Notes: generated by a model from the sequence alone, not told the origin. 63,014 nt of DNA, filler included, from Thraustochytrium aureum (GCA_012862495.1; 6 parts of one record of this genome joined end to end with filler, not necessarily neighbours in it); one strand, 5' to 3'. Counted from the whole stretch's first letter, positions 35,760-49,534 are shown. Numbers and translations are program-made.

Positions 35760-37197
35760 CTCCGGAGACCTGCGACCCGTGGGGGGCGGCGTGCGAAGCG
35801 AGTCTCGGCGTGCCGCGCCAGCCTGATCCGGCAACGCAGCTGGCGCAAGACTCGCCATGGAGCAAGTTCGAAGGAACTGGGATATTCCAAGCTGCAGATC
35901 ACCTGAAGGTTGTGCTGGACGAGGCAGTGCGACGCGTAAACAAAGCGATCGCCGAGTCGCAGCTTGCCCAAATCGCCCCCTTTGACCCATTCCACCACGC
36001 TACGAGAGAGACCGCGTTCTATCCGGAGCAGGTCAAAGAGGACCACTTCGATTACTTGATCGAGGTGCAGGCCCGCGTCAGCAAGCCCGGTCGACGCGGA
36101 ACGCGCGCGGACGTGGCCCAAAACGCAGCCTTCAAAGTCGTCGATGACATACGATACGCTTTCGACAGGTCTGATCCACCCAAGTCCCGCGGAGGAACAA
36201 CAAAACAAGCGGGAGACTGCGCCGCTGCCGATGGCGGGGTCGCGAAAAAGTGGATCTCTGCCCTGAGCAAGAGCAGCGAAGAGCAGGCGAAGGCAGAGTT
36301 CGCCGCACGCATGCATTCCGCTGGAGCACCGTTCGCAGCTGCCGTTCGCAAGAACAAGCTCGACTGGGTGGGCCAGAGCAAGCGCAAAAACGACTTTCGA
36401 CTTCGGCGGCTTGAGCACATTCTCGCTTTCCTCCAATCCGAGCAGCGCAAGGACGTGGACCGCGAGATCGCGCTGTACAAGAACCGCTTGAGCCGCAAGC
36501 AGGCCCGGCACAACACGCTTCGAGCCGCTCAAGCGCGGACCGAGACCGCAGACAAGGTCGTCAAGCTCTTGTACGACTACAACCTCCTCTCGAGTGCCGA
36601 GCACGCGCAGTACTTGCAGATCTGCAATCGACTCTTCGAGATGCAGCTCGAGGCGACCCAGGTGGCAATTCCTTCCATGCAGTTGGAGACGATCATCACT
36701 GCGCAAACGACGACAGCGTCGTGCCCGGTCGGCAAAGCGACGCCGTCAAAGGAGCCGCTCAAACTGGGCGGCCCGCGCACGAGCGCGGCGCCGGCGCACG
36801 AGCTAGGCGGGCCAGGACGCCAAACAGAACGGTCTTGCTTGCCCGACAGTGCAGACCAGCTGCGCCTGTTGGCATGCTCACGCGCGCAAACTCCATGTCG
36901 TGTGTGACAAGTGGAGGCGGACAAGAGTCGAGTGTCTCGACCTGCGAAACGGGCCATCCGCAGACCGCGCGAGATAGCTCGGATTTATTTGGCCCAAGCA
37001 GCGCTGCGGGGTTGCGGCCAGGGACTGGAAAGGCGTTGAACGCCAGCGCAGGACGATTTCAAACACGCCCCTTGGCTTCGCAAGACGAGGCACGCAGGGC
37101 GCTTGCGCGACGAAGCCTAGAAAGTGCATCGAGGGCCGCTCGAGCGATATCTCCTGCCCAGGCGAGGAAGCCACCGCGGGCGAGGAAAGCGTTCTAG
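35760..37197 (+). CDS. Hypothetical protein (helical/coiled-coil middle); 5' in gap, probable frameshift near 36750-36900
   Basis: 365-aa ORF with coding-like codon use, overlapped by ORF 36721-37197. Confidence 0.55.
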
Positions 37198-37617
37198 GCC
37201 CAGGTGGCGAGCAGATCGCGCGCCAAGAAGCAGCACCGCAGGGAAGCCGCAAGGCGCGCCGCCGACGCGGGAAAGCGCGACTGGCCAGCGAGCGGCCCCG
37301 CCACAGCAGTGGGGCGGCTGGGGGCAGCCGATCTCGTTCGCTGCCGAGCGCATCCTTGTGTCGCGCGGGCACCTGACAAGCTCGTCTCGCCCGGCCTCTT
37401 GCCAGGCCGACCAGCTCGTTGGCCACCGCGTTGACCGCATGGACGCGAGCACGATGGCGTACTCGCACATCTTCAAGCGGGGCCTGATCAAGTCGTCACA
37501 GTGCACCTGACCCGCGAGTTGTTGCAAGAGGAAGAAGAAAAAAATACAATTATTGTGCGAGGGGGAGGTTGACTCGCCGAGCCTGTCCGCGGCGCCTGTG
37601 CGGTTCGATAAACTCTG

Positions 37618-40600
37618 CTACTTTTTCCTCGCCAGCGTCCGCTGCTTCTCTGCCGCAACAACGACCTTCTCGCTCGTGGCCAGGCCCTTCCGCTTACGCA
37701 CCTGCTCGACGTACTTGTGCGCTCTGTTGTGCGCAAGGTACGACTCTTCGTAGCCCCGCTCCCCAAACTCCTCTAGCTCGTCTTCGGTGGTCGCGCGGAA
37801 AAACGGGTTTTCTGGGACGAGCTGCCAGTGGCTGAACACGAGCTGCGGGGTGGAGGCGGCTCCCGAGGTCTGGCGGCGCAGGTCGTCGCCAAGGTTGAAG
37901 CTTTCCACGACAGGGATCTCCGCCTCCACGGTGAAGATCGATGTGCCTTCCCACATGTCCTCGCTGATCACCTTCGCACGGCGCTTGGAAAGGACGCTGT
38001 ACATGCGCCCGAGCTGGTCTCCCTGCAGCGAGTCGACGTGGCACTGCAACATGCACCAGAGCACGCCTTCGACGATGCGGACTTGGCACCCTGTCTGCAC
38101 GCCGTGTTCGTGCTGGAGGTGGTGGACGTCAAGGCCGCGTCGGATGGTCTCGCGCATCGAGGACATGACTTGGCCCGCGATGGTGGCCTGCTTGCGCTGG
38201 CGCAGCGCAGCCATTGTCTCCTTGTCCTGCTCCTTGATAGCAACATCCTCGACGACGACAGCGACGCCCCAGAGAGGCTCTTCGCACAACGGGCCAGCGC
38301 GACACGCGAGCTGAAAGCCGGCCACCACGCCTTGGGCCACCTCCTCCCAAAGCAGCGGCGAGCCGAAATCGCCGGCTTGCTCCCCCTCGTCCAGGGCCTC
38401 GCTCTCGCTCCCCTCCAGCTCCCCAAAGAGAGCATCGGAGCGCTGGCCGCGCATGGGCCCCCGATCAACTCGGTTGAGCAAGACATTTGGGCCCACACCC
38501 CTGGGACCGAGGCTGAGAATGCTCTTTAGCGCTGGCTCACCCCAGCCTTCCCCCGCCTCGTCAAAGGCAAGCCGCAGAGCGTCCACGACCCTTTTGCAGA
38601 CGTCTTCNNNNNNNNNNNNNNNNNNNNNNNNNNNNNNNNNNNNNNNNNNNNNNNNNNNNNNNNNNNNNNNNNNNNNNNNNNNNNNNNNNNNNNNNNNNNN
38701 NNNNNNNNNNNNNNNNNNNNNNNNNNNNNNNNNNNNNNNNNNNNNNNNNNNNNNNNNNNNNNNNNNNNNNNNNNNNNNNNNNNNNNNNNNNNNNNNNNNN
38801 NNNNNNNNNNNNNNNNNNNNNNNNNNNNNNNNNNNNNNNNNNNNNNNNNNNNNNNNNNNNNNNNNNNNNNNNNNNNNNNNNNNNNNNNNNNNNNNNNNNN
38901 NNNNNNNNNNNNNNNNNNNNNNNNNNNNNNNNNNNNNNNNNNNNNNNNNNNNNNNNNNNNNNNNNNNNNNNNNNNNNNNNNNNNNNNNNNNNNNNNNNNN
39001 NNNNNNNNNNNNNNNNNNNNNNNNNNNNNNNNNNNNNNNNNNNNNNNNNNNNNNNNNNNNNNNNNNNNNNNNNNNNNNNNNNNNNNNNNNNNNNNNNNNN
39101 NNNNNNNNNNNNNNNNNNNNNNNNNNNNNNNNNNNNNNNNNNNNNNNNNNNNNNNNNNNNNNNNNNNNNNNNNNNNNNNNNNNNNNNNNNNNNNNNNNNN
39201 NNNNNNNNNNNNNNNNNNNNNNNNNNNNNNNNNNNNNNNNNNNNNNNNNNNNNNNNNNNNNNNNNNNNNNNNNNNNNNNNNNNNNNNNNNNNNNNNNNNN
39301 NNNNNNNNNNNNNNNNNNNNNNNNNNNNNNNNNNNNNNNNNNNNNNNNNNNNNNNNNNNNNNNNNNNNNNNNNNNNNNNNNNNNNNTGACGCACCGCTCG
39401 AGGTGCAGCTCGCCGATCGCGCCGAGAATATACTCGCCGTTGCCCTGGATGCGCACTTCGGCGACCGGGTCGGCACGGTTGAGAAGCTTGAGTCCCTTCG
39501 CGAGCTGCGGCCACTGCAGAGGGTCCACGGGCTCGAGCGAGACGCGAAGAATCGGAGCGCTCTGCGACGGCATTTTGCTAAGCGAGCAGCAGATGGGCGA
39601 CTCGGCGACCGTGGCGGTCTTGAGCACCTCTTTGTCCAGCCCTGCGAGGGCGAGGATGTTTCCCGCGGGGACTCGGTCGAGCGAGACGAGATCCGTGCTC
39701 ATAATTAGCATGGGGATGACGCCGGCGCGCGCGACAGTGTGGTGCGGGCCGTTTATGTCCGATTCGCCGGGCACGTACTTTGGCCCCAGGATGTGCAAGG
39801 GAACGCCAGGACGAACTGTGCCGCTGAACACGCGCGCAAATGCGAAGAAGAACTCTGAGGCCGCCTCGTCGCTCGAGGGCGGCGCGGGCGGGTTTCCGGC
39901 TTGATCCCCGCTCACCGTTTCGCTTGGTTGATCCCGCCTGCCTTTGTCGAGCGCGGCCCGCGCCGCCGCGAGCTGCTCTAGCTGGCGAATCGTGTCTGGC
40001 GGGAGAACCTCGCGCTCGACCGCGAAGATCTTGGTGACAAAGGCGACCAGCGGCCCGTTGGGGTCGCAGGCGGCGACGCTGGCGCGCACCGCCGCGAGGT
40101 CTGGCTCGATGTCGTGCGGCGCGCGCAGCGTTTGCTGCACGGGCCAAAGCACCTCCACCCGGCGGCGCTGTGCGGTCAGGGGACTGGGGACGCATCGAAC
40201 AACCATCGAAAGCAGCGCGCGCGTGACGGGCAACCAGGCGTGCATTACAGAGCGCAGCGCAGACCGGCCGCCCTTGGCAACGTCGCGCTTGTTGACCTTG
40301 CCTTCGAGGCCGAGTGTGCTGATGATCTTTTCCAGTTTCTTGGGCTTGGACTCTACGACTGTGGCGTTGTACACTTGCCAGAGCGAAGCGAGCACAAAGG
40401 TGGCAAACATGGGCGGGCGCGACCGCGAAGATTGCCCTGTGGTGACGCTCGCGAGACGCTGCTTTTGCTCCACGACGGTTTTGGTTTTCGCATTGTACGA
40501 GTAGTCGCCCCAGAGGTACTTCACGACGCGGCGCACCGGTAGGCCGGTCGCCTCCGCGACCATGGGCGCAAAATCGCCCACTCGGAAGGCCCAGCTGTCC

Positions 40601-41360
40601 ACGGCGCTGGCGAATACGACGTTGCCCTTTTCTGGGGCTGAAGATGAGGGCGCGCTCTTGCGCCTCGTCGAATTCGAGCCCACCAAAGTCTTCGTCAGGG
40701 CCTTCGGCGTTGGCTGCGGAGCTTTCTGCGGAATCCGCTGCGTCCCCGCCGTCATCGGCGCTTTTCGGGCTGGCTTGAGCTTTGCCTGGAGCAGAGCTTG
40801 CTCGTTTGGCCTCTGCGGCGCTGGTGCTTTTCTGGAACGCCGCGTCCATCACAGTGGCGCTGACAAAACCTTGCAGGATCGCGTTGACCCGCTCGATGAT
40901 CTTCAGCAGGTGCTCGTAGGCCTCGACGGGGTCGAGCCGGAGCTCCGTGATGAGGCGGTCTACCTTGTTGAGAACGAGGCAGGGTTGGAGGCGCTCTTCC
41001 CAGGCTTGGCGCAGCACCGCGTGCGTCTGAATCGCCACGCCCTCGATCACGTCGACCACCACCAGAGCGCCGTCGCAGAGCCGGACGGCCGGTCGACACG
41101 TCCGACGAAAAGTCTACGTGGCCTGGCGAGTCAATCAGGTTCACCAAGTAGTCCTTGTTGAGCTTTTCGTGGTGGAAGACCAGCGATATCGCGCTGGACT
41201 GCATCGTGATGCCGCGCTCTTGCTCGTCCTCGCGGCTGTCCAGGTACCGCACTGTCCCGGCGAGCCGCTCCGAGATGATGCCATTCGAGCTCACCAGGCA
41301 GTCACTCAACGTCGTCTTGCCGTGGTCGACATGCGCCAAGATGCAGATGTTGCGCACTTG
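37618..41360 (-). CDS. EFL1: Elongation factor-like GTPase 1 (Ria1/EFL1); start at scaffold edge, frameshifts ~41090 and ~40635, internal gap
   Basis: [91 protein letters not shown]...[16 protein letters not shown]. Confidence 0.93.
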
Positions 41361-41921
41361 NNNNNNNNNNNNNNNNNNNNNNNNNNNNNNNNNNNNNNNN
41401 NNNNTTAATTAATTAANNNNNNNNNNNNNNNNNNNNNNNNNNNNNNNNNNNNNNNNNNNNACTGACGACATGGTCTGCCCAAACCTGACAAGACCGTGTG
41501 CATCGAGCGGGATGGCCGCGCTCACCGTGGTAGCCTCAGGCCGAGCACCCGGCCCGCCGACGCTGCCGGGCGGGCAGGCATTCATGCTTGCAGGTCGGCG
41601 ACTTGCGCTCGTGTTGTGCGCCGCGTTGTGACGGGCTCAAGAGTTGGCGACACCGAGGAGCTGGGCAGCGCCTCGGGCGCGACCGAAGGATGCTGTACTC
41701 GCTCGACCTGCCCTACCTTTGCACCTTCGTGCGCTCGAGCACGCTGCCAAGGGCTTGGCCATGCGCTGCGCTTGACGTTGAGGAGGCTGCGATGCCTCGC
41801 CGAGGGTTCGAGCGGCTGGCAGCAGCGTGGCGCACAAGGGTTTTTCGCGGTCAAAGCGGTGCAGCGCTGCGCTCACGATGAACGGAAAGCAAGACAGATG
41901 AGCGAGTGGCTTGTGGGGGGG

Positions 41922-42564
41922 TTATATCCTGATGTCGATGCGCCGCAGCACGCTCGACTTAAGGACGATCAGATCGATCGCAAAGAGCGCGGAGAGGACG
42001 AGCGGGAGCGCGCTGCAAAGCGAAAACACCCACCCAAACGCCTGGATGCGCCACGGCTGAACAAGCATGATAAGCGTGACCGAAAACCCGGCAACGTGCA
42101 AAAGGCCGGCAAAGAGGTTGAAGCTCGACGTCGTTGAGGGGTGCCCGAGAGCCATGGTCAGGATTTCGAGCACGTTGCAGATCATAGACGACGCCAAGAG
42201 CCACGAGTAGTCAAAGTCAATTCTGAAGTAGGCCTCGCGGAGCGCGAGGTCGTCCTCAAAGCGCCGGAACCGCAGAGCCGCCGCCAGATTGTAATACTGC
42301 GGCCAATCGGGGCGCCGGGCGAGCGAGTGGGTTAGAGCGCGAACTGCTGAGCGGGCGAGGGCAGGGCATGTCCCGCCCTGTTCTGACCTCGGTCTGCCAA
42401 ACGAGGAGCGACGTGGCGCACGAGAGCTGTGCTTTGTTTGCAATGCAAGCCAACAGTCAACATACCTTTTCGTCGAACAGGACGAGCGACCCGACAATCT
42501 GAAAGAACAAGGTGATGAACCGAAACATGAGGCTGCGGTGCCCTGCAGACGCCCGGTGCGCCAT
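41922..42564 (-). CDS. TMEM107: Ciliary transition-zone protein TMEM107; exons 42564-42466 and 42296-41922
   Basis: RFITLFFQIV...K|YYNLAAAL, E-ILTMALG, H-VAG, W-RIQAFGWVFSLCSALP resemble the TMEM107 pattern; GTATGT...CTAAC...CAG intron. Confidence 0.75.
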
Positions 42565-43109
42565 CCCGCACACGGATGGGGGGGCTGCGCTCCTCTCTCT
42601 CTCCCTCTCTCCCGGTTTCTTCCCCGCGAGGCCGCGCCCCGCGAGCTGTGCGCCGGAACGGCTGAGCAANNNNNNNNNNNNNNNNNNNNNNNNNNNNNNN
42701 NNNNNNNNNNNNNNNNNNNNNNNNNNNNNNNNNNNNNNNNNNNNNNNNNNNNNNNNNNNNNNNNNNNNNNNNNNNNNNNNNNNNNNNNNNNNNNNNNNNN
42801 NNNNNNNNNNNNNNNNNNNNNNNNNNNNNNNNNNNNNNNNNNNNNNNNNNNNNNNNNNNNNNNNNNNNNNNNNNNNNNNNNNNNNNNNNNNNNNNNNNNN
42901 NNNNNNNNNNNNNNNNNNNNNNNNNNNNNNNNNNNNNNNNNNNNNNNNNNNNNNNNNNNNNNNNNNNNNNNNNNNNNNNNNNNNNNNNNNNNNNNNNNNN
43001 NNNNNNNNNNNNNNNNNNNNNNNNNNNNNNNNNNNNNNNNNNNNNNNNNNNNNNNNNNNNNNNNNNNNNNNNNNNNNNNNNNNNNNNNNNNNNNNNNNNN
43101 NNNNNNNNN

Positions 43110-44288
43110 CCTCGCACGGCCGTCGCCCAAGTCGATCCCGCCCTGCGAGGCGTCCTCGGGCTCGTAACGCGGTTGTTTTGCTGCGTCAGCGGCTCGCCGT
43201 CCATCATGATGTCGTTGAAGGAGAACTGGAAACCGACAGCGGCTTCGGGGCTCGTGCGCTCCCAAGCTCGCCTCGCCGGCGCGGAAAGCGCCATCCCAGC
43301 GTACTCGCGCAGCTCGTCAACGAGGTCCTTGACCCGCGGCCGGAGGATCTCCAGGAACGCCTCCCTCTCTTGGCGCGTGACTGCGCCTGCCCCGAACAGG
43401 TTGTCTATACCGCGGAGGACGGTTGCCGCCAGCGCGCTCGTCGGCTGAAGGAGGCGGTTTGCAAAGTTGCACGTTATCTGAAGGCGAGAGCGCGTGAGCG
43501 CGCCGCCGTCGCTGTGCCCGCCGCGCTCGCCTTCCTTGTCTAGCGCGTGGGCTCGCACCGTAAAGTTCAGGTGGCCAATCAGAGAGCGCGCAGTCATGTA
43601 CAACAGCAGGTGGTGGGCGCCCGCGGAGACCACGGCGCGGTGCATCGCGCAGTTGTCGCCGATGTAAGCGAGCATGGCCCGTCGCAGCTCCCCGATTTCG
43701 GCGTCGTCGTCTACGTGGCGCTTGATCTGCCTGCACAGCGACGGAAACCCGAGGTTTGCGAGGACGCCGACGAACTGCGCGCACCTCTTCAAGGCGGCTG
43801 CGTCGTATGCGGGCGAGCTCGGCTGCTGCTCGCGCGAGCCCGCCCCAGGGGTTTCGCCCCCCGAAATCCTGGCCCGCCCCGCGTCCGAGCCGTTCGCCGC
43901 GGGCGACTCGATCGGCGTCGGAGAGCCGCATCGTCCGCTGGAACGCCGCGCCGGATGGCCGCGTCGCCCTGGTGCTCGCCGCTTGCTCGGTGGAACCTGG
44001 AGCAGCTCCAACAGCGTTGCGCTGAGCGCGTCGACCAGGGCGGCGACCTGCACCTCCTTCGCTGCTCTTGAGAGCGCCGCGCCCGACCGGCCGGCGTCCA
44101 GGACGCGAGCCCCTGCAAGTCGCCACCCCACGAGGCGCTCGAGCACCTCCGCACAAATCGGCCTGAGCTCAGCGGCAAGCCTCGCGGCGTCCCTCCGTCC
44201 CCGCAGGTCTCCGCGCGCGGCTCCGGCGTCGCCTCCTGAGCCGTCGCGGCCAGGACTGCCTGCTTGACCGCCAGCTCGACGAGGGCCA
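43110..44288 (-). CDS. Hypothetical helical protein fragment between gaps (possible frameshift ~44200)
   Basis: Long open frame with coding-like composition (LKRCAQFVGVLANLGFPSLCRQI...). Confidence 0.55.
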
Positions 44289-44731
44289 NNNNNNNNNNNN
44301 NNNNNNNNNNNNNNNNNNNNNNNNNNNNNNNNNNNNNNNNNNNNNNNNNNNNNNNNNNNNNNNNNNNNNNNNNNNNNNNNNNNNNNNNNNNNNNNNNNNN
44401 NNNNNNNNNNNNNNNNNNNNNNNNNNNNNNNNNNNNNNNNNNNNNNNNNNNNNNNNNNNNNNNNNNNNNNNNNNNNNNNNNNNNNNNNNNNNNNNNNNNN
44501 NNNNNNNNNNNNNNNNNNNNNNNNNNNNNNNNNNNNNNNNNNNNNNNNNNNNNNNNNNNNNNNNNNNNNNNNNNNNNNNNNNNNNNNNNNNNNNNNNNNN
44601 NNNNNNNNNNNNNNNNNNNNNNNNNNNNNNNNNNNNNNNNNNNNNNNNNNNNNNNNNNNNNNNNNNNNNNNNNNNNNNNNNNNNNNNNNNNNNNNNNNNN
44701 NNNNNNNNNNNNNNNNNNNNNNNNNNNNNNN

Positions 44732-47009
44732 GTGCGGTTGGTGTTTATTATGTGGATGCTGTCGATTTTGGTGGATGAAGACCCGGGCAAAGCTCAAGGC
44801 ACAACCTGAGGGGAGGAATGCGCCTGGGGCTGCCGAGGTGGCCGAGTCTGACGAGGTGGTCGCGCTGAGGCTGCAGGCCAACGCCCGGATCGCTCTGCTG
44901 GAAAAGACGATCGACCACGCGCCAAGGGCTGAGGCGTCGTTCCCGCAAAACTTGAGCGCGTCCTTTCAAGGGGAGTGGGAGATGGCTGCCATCGGAGACG
45001 TGCAGCGCGCTGCGCTTGCCGGGGAAACGACGGACGTCGCGTTCTTCTCGGCCGTGGAGCTCAACGGCAACTTCACGCCTGCTCCTGGCACCTTGCCGTT
45101 CCAGAGAGAGATGGGCCGCTTGCGGCTGACCGTGGCAGCTCAGCCGAGCAAAGCGGAGGGTCTTCACCACCTTTCGGGTCGTCTCGACCTTATGGACGGG
45201 AGAAGTCGAACCAAGTCGGACTTGCTAACGACGGTGGCAGGGTTCTACTTGCCTGGCGCCGGTCGCGCCTCGCTCTTCTTCACTGCAGGCTTCAAGAGCA
45301 AGCACGTCGCGGTAGAGTTTAATCCACGCGTCATCGGCGCCTCGGACCTGTGGCACCAAAATAGCAAGAGCGGCCCCGAAGAGGCAGACGTCCTGCTTGG
45401 CGAGATGATCGATTTGATGGGCTCAAGCGCCGAGGACGCGGGGACCGCTGAAGACGGCCGAGGGCGGGCCGTGCCCTCACAGACGGAGTCCACTGGAGCT
45501 GGAAGCGCCCCAGGCGAGCTGGATGCGCCGCCGCTCGAAGGTGGCGCCACAGAAGCCGGCAGCTCTGACGCCCATCAAGCGAGTCGCGCTGAGGCCCCTG
45601 TGCTCGCGCAAGGCGAGGGCGAGCCGGCTGCCGTCGACCAGGAAGCCAATGATGGCGAGACGGATGCCAGGGACAAGGCCGCCCTTTTAGTCGCCATAGC
45701 TGCCGGCGACGCGGCCCCAAGCTCGGCCCCAAGCTCGGCCACGAGAGAATCGCTCAACGGCGTTGACGCGCTCGCGACGAGCGCGGGCTGGAGCCCCTCT
45801 GACGAGCTTTTGCCGCGCATGTGGGACGCCGAGCTCACGCTCCCTCCGCGAAAACCGATGCGGTTCTCGTACGATCCTTACCGCACAACCACACCGTGTT
45901 TCTTCCGCATCGACCTGGCCGCAATGCCCCGGGACGAAAGCACCGGCGCAGGCAGGATGGCGGTAGACATCGGCCACAGGATCCGCAACATGCGGATAAG
46001 CGGCGTTGCTGTGAGCGAGAACTGCAACGTGGCAATGCGAGTAAACCTCACGGCCCCCGAGATCGACGTGTCTCTCGCTGTTGGCAAGGCGACGCGGTAC
46101 TCTTGGCTCGAGGCGATATTGACCGGGCTTCAGGTGCTCGCGCTTGTGGTTCAGGTCAACTACAGCAGCACGCAGACGGGAACGGCCAAAGTCTCGCTCG
46201 TCTCCATCGGAATGATGGCCGTGATGGACGCCGGGTTTGCCTTTGGGTGCATGGGGAGCGGGCTTTTGCTGGACAGGCTATTCAGCGCCTTTGTCTTCAC
46301 AGCGTTCTCCAAGCTGCTGTTGTTTGTCGTTTTCGAGATGCGCTACCTCATGATTATCTTGAAGGCGCGCAACCCGGACGAGTTTCGCGAGGGCTGGACC
46401 GCGCTGCAGCGGCAGCAAGGCCTGCTGTCCACGCGGATCTACTTTAGCCTCTTCGCGGCGATGCTCATCGTTTGGCAGTTTTCGCGCTACCAGCGCGTGC
46501 TCTGGCTGGTTGCGTTTTCCTTTTGGGTCCCGCAGATCTTGAGCAACGTGATCCGCGAGACGAGCGACCCGCTGCACAACGGCTTCCTGGCCTGGATGTC
46601 GGTCTCGCGCCTCGTGACGCCGCTCTACCTGTACGGCTGCCCGGACAACTTTGTAAATCTCCTGGTCGAGTCTGAGGGGGGGCTCTACGACCCCTGGTTT
46701 TGCGTCATCCTGTGCGCCTGGGTTGGCGCCCAGGCCCTGGTGCTCGTGGTGCAGCGGCACCTGGGGCCTCGCGTCTTCATTCCCAAGCGGTTTCTGCCGC
46801 CAAAGTATGACTACAACCGCAAGATCCCTGACGCGCTGCGGGGCTCAGACTGTGCGATCTGCATGATTCCTGTGAACGGCGTCGACATCGAGCACATGAT
46901 CACGCCGTGCAACCATCTGTACCATCGCGACTGCCTGCTGCAGTGGACTTCGCAAAAGATGATTTGCCCTCAGTGCCGCGCAGAGCTGCCGAGCACTGCG
47001 GCGCCTTGA
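44732..47009 (+). CDS. Transmembrane RING-H2 E3 ubiquitin ligase, Tul1/FLY-like; start in gap, frameshift ~44800
   Basis: AKVSLVSIGMMAVMD, FVVFEMRYL, SFWVPQI, PLYLYGCPDNF, LGPRVFIPKRFLPPKYDY, C-terminal DCAICM...TPCNHLYHRDCLLQW..KMICPQCR. Confidence 0.9.
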
Positions 47010-47327
47010 CGCGGAGGCGGTGCCGTACCTATTTGCCTCTGCCCTGTTTTGTCGCGAGACCCTGCAAACCCAACCCTGCTCTTGTTATAGTATGTAATCT
47101 CGTGTCGCCATCGGAAGACGATCACTCGTCAAGCCCTTCGCCATCTACAAGCATTTGATGGGGATTTCAGCTCCGTCGGGGCCGTTGCGGCCCGTGACGT
47201 TCCGTGGTCGGCGGTAGTTGGCTCGTCGCGCCCAACTGGCCAGCCGAGCGTCCACCTCGAGCACGATGGGGCTGGCTTGGTGCGAAGATTAAGCGCCCAG
47301 CGCGTGGCAGCCGTCTGCGAATGGGCC

Positions 47328-47777
47328 ATGCGCGAGCTGCAAATGGGCCATGCGCGAGCTGCAAATGGGCTTGCGCGCTCACGCAACGAGCAACTCGAAG
47401 CAACTCACCAAGAAGTCGTAGGTGTTGATGCTCCTGCGCTACTACTTCGTGCGGCCGGCCATCTCGACACCCGCATCGCCCAACGACTCGGAGCTATTGT
47501 CCCCAGACGCGCTCTGGATGAGTGCGGCATGGCTTGGCAACCCTGGCTCGAGGCCCGCCAGCATCCTTTTGCAATTGAGAATCAATTTGAGATCGAGGCC
47601 GAGTTGTTCGACTTTCGAGCTCTCGAAGCGGCTCTGCAAGGTTGCGAAGCAGCGCGGCGGCGCAAGTGGCTGGATGCGCGGCTATGGAATTCGGTAGAGA
47701 GCCCTTTGTCACGACCCCACAAGCTCGGCAGCCTCAGGCTGCTCGCCGTCGGGTCCCTCGACAGCGCGAGAGCTTGA
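47328..47777 (+). CDS. Possible small hypothetical protein; 23-bp direct duplication at its 5' end
   Basis: ORF 47277-47777; AATGGGCCATGCGCGAGCTGCA repeated at ~47320 and ~47342. Confidence 0.3.
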   Translation: MRELQMGHARAANGLARSRNEQLEATHQEVVGVDAPALLLRAAGHLDTRIAQRLGAIVPRRALDECGMAWQPWLEARQHPFAIENQFEIEAELFDFRALEAALQGCEAARRRKWLDARLWNSVESPLSRPHKLGSLRLLAVGSLDSARA

Positions 47778-49534
47778 TAGAGCAAAATCAAGGACGGGCA
47801 GGGGTCGGCCGGGCTTTTTATTCTACTTGAGGTCTCGATCTTGAGATCGCCGGAAACAACAAAACATTCAATCAAAAGGGCCTCTAGCCTGCAGCAAGCC
47901 CCGCCGCGCTCTGGGCTGCGTCTACATCAAATGACCTATTCTTTCGCGCCGGAGAGCGTCGAGCCTGCTTCGAGCCTGGCCAAGTCCGCCAAGGCCGCCT
48001 GAACCGCGCTGCCACTGAGCTGCGCCCCTTCACGCCTCCGGAGGCATGGAAGNNNNNNNNNNNNNNNNNNNNNNNNNNNNNNNNNNNNNNNNNNNNNNNN
48101 NNNNNNNNNNNNNNNNNNNNNNNNNNNNNNNNNNNNNNNNNNNNNNNNNNNNNNNNNNNNNNNNNNNNNNNNNNNNNNNNNNNNNNNNNNNNNNNNNNNN
48201 NNNNNNNNNNNNNNNNNNNNNNNNNNNNNNNNNNNNNNNNNNNNNNNNNNNNNNNNNNNNNNNNNNNNNNNNNNNNNNNNNNNNNNNNNNNNNNNNNNNN
48301 NNNNNNNNNNNNNNNNNNNNNNNNNNNNNNNNNNNNNNNNNNNNNNNNNNNNNNNNNNNNNNNNNNNNNNNNNNNNNNNNNNNNNNNNNNNNNNNNNNNN
48401 NNNNNNNNNNNNNNNNNNNNNNNNNNNNNNNNNNNNNNNNNNNNNNNNNNNNNNNNNNNNNNNNNNNNNNNNNNNNNNNNNNNNNNNNNNNNNNNNNNNN
48501 NNNNNNNNNNNNNNNNNNNNNNNNNNNNNNNNNNNNNNNNNNNNNNNNNNNNNNNNNNNNNNNNNNNNNNNNNNNNNNNNNNNNNNNNNNNNNNNNNNNN
48601 NNNNNNNNNNNNNNNNNNNNNNNNNNNNNNNNNNNNNNNNNNNNNNNNNNNNNNNNNNNNNNNNNNNNNNNNNNNNNNNNNNNNNNNNNNNNNNNNNNNN
48701 NNNNNNNNNNNNNNNNNNNNNNNNNNNNNNNNNNNNNNNNNNNNNNNNNNNNNNNNNNNNNNNNNNNNNNNNNNNNNNNNNNNNNNNNNNNNNNNNNNNN
48801 NNNNNNNNNNNNNNNNNNNNNNNNNNNNNNNNNNNNNNNNNNNNNNAAAGCTCGAGGCAGGTTCGTGAGCCAGTTTGCTCGGGCTCTGCGTCTCCGAAAA
48901 CTCTGGGGACTCTGCTCGGGCGTCCGACTCTGCGGCGCCGCGAGCGGCCGCCTCCAGCGGCGCAGAGGCAGGAGCGCTGGGGAGAGGCCGTTTCGCAGCG
49001 CGCGGCCTGCAGGCGCGCCTCATCGCGCCGCGACGGTGAGTCGCCGCGGCCGGCCTAGTCGTGGCTGGGCCGCAGCCAGGTCGGGAAGCCGCGACTCTTT
49101 TTGATCTGAGGAAGGAAGGAGGAGTGAGATCCTGCTTGGGTCGCGCCGCTCGTCGCCCGCGCCACCGCCTGCTCGCCGTCCCAGCAGGGCTGGGAAAGGG
49201 CGCCGCGGTCGCCGAGGACCCCAATGGCCGAGCTGCTCCTGCGGAGGCTGCAACGCGGCGGCTCTCTAGAAAGGCGCGCTTCCTGAGAGCATCGTTTTTG
49301 TTGCGTGACGGAGTCCGACCCACAGGTTGGGGTCTCGCTCGTGGTGGTCTGCGGGCGTCGGCCAGCACGACGCATGCGAAGGCATCGAGAGGCGGCGCCC
49401 AGCAAGGCGCGCGGGGGCGGGAGCGCCTTTGCGACGCCTTTGTCCCCGCTGGGCGGCCCGGATTTGGTCGGTTTGCAAGGCCAGCCAGAGCGGAGAATGG
49501 GTCGAGGCAAAGCAAATGCCGTGGTTGTGCAGGG

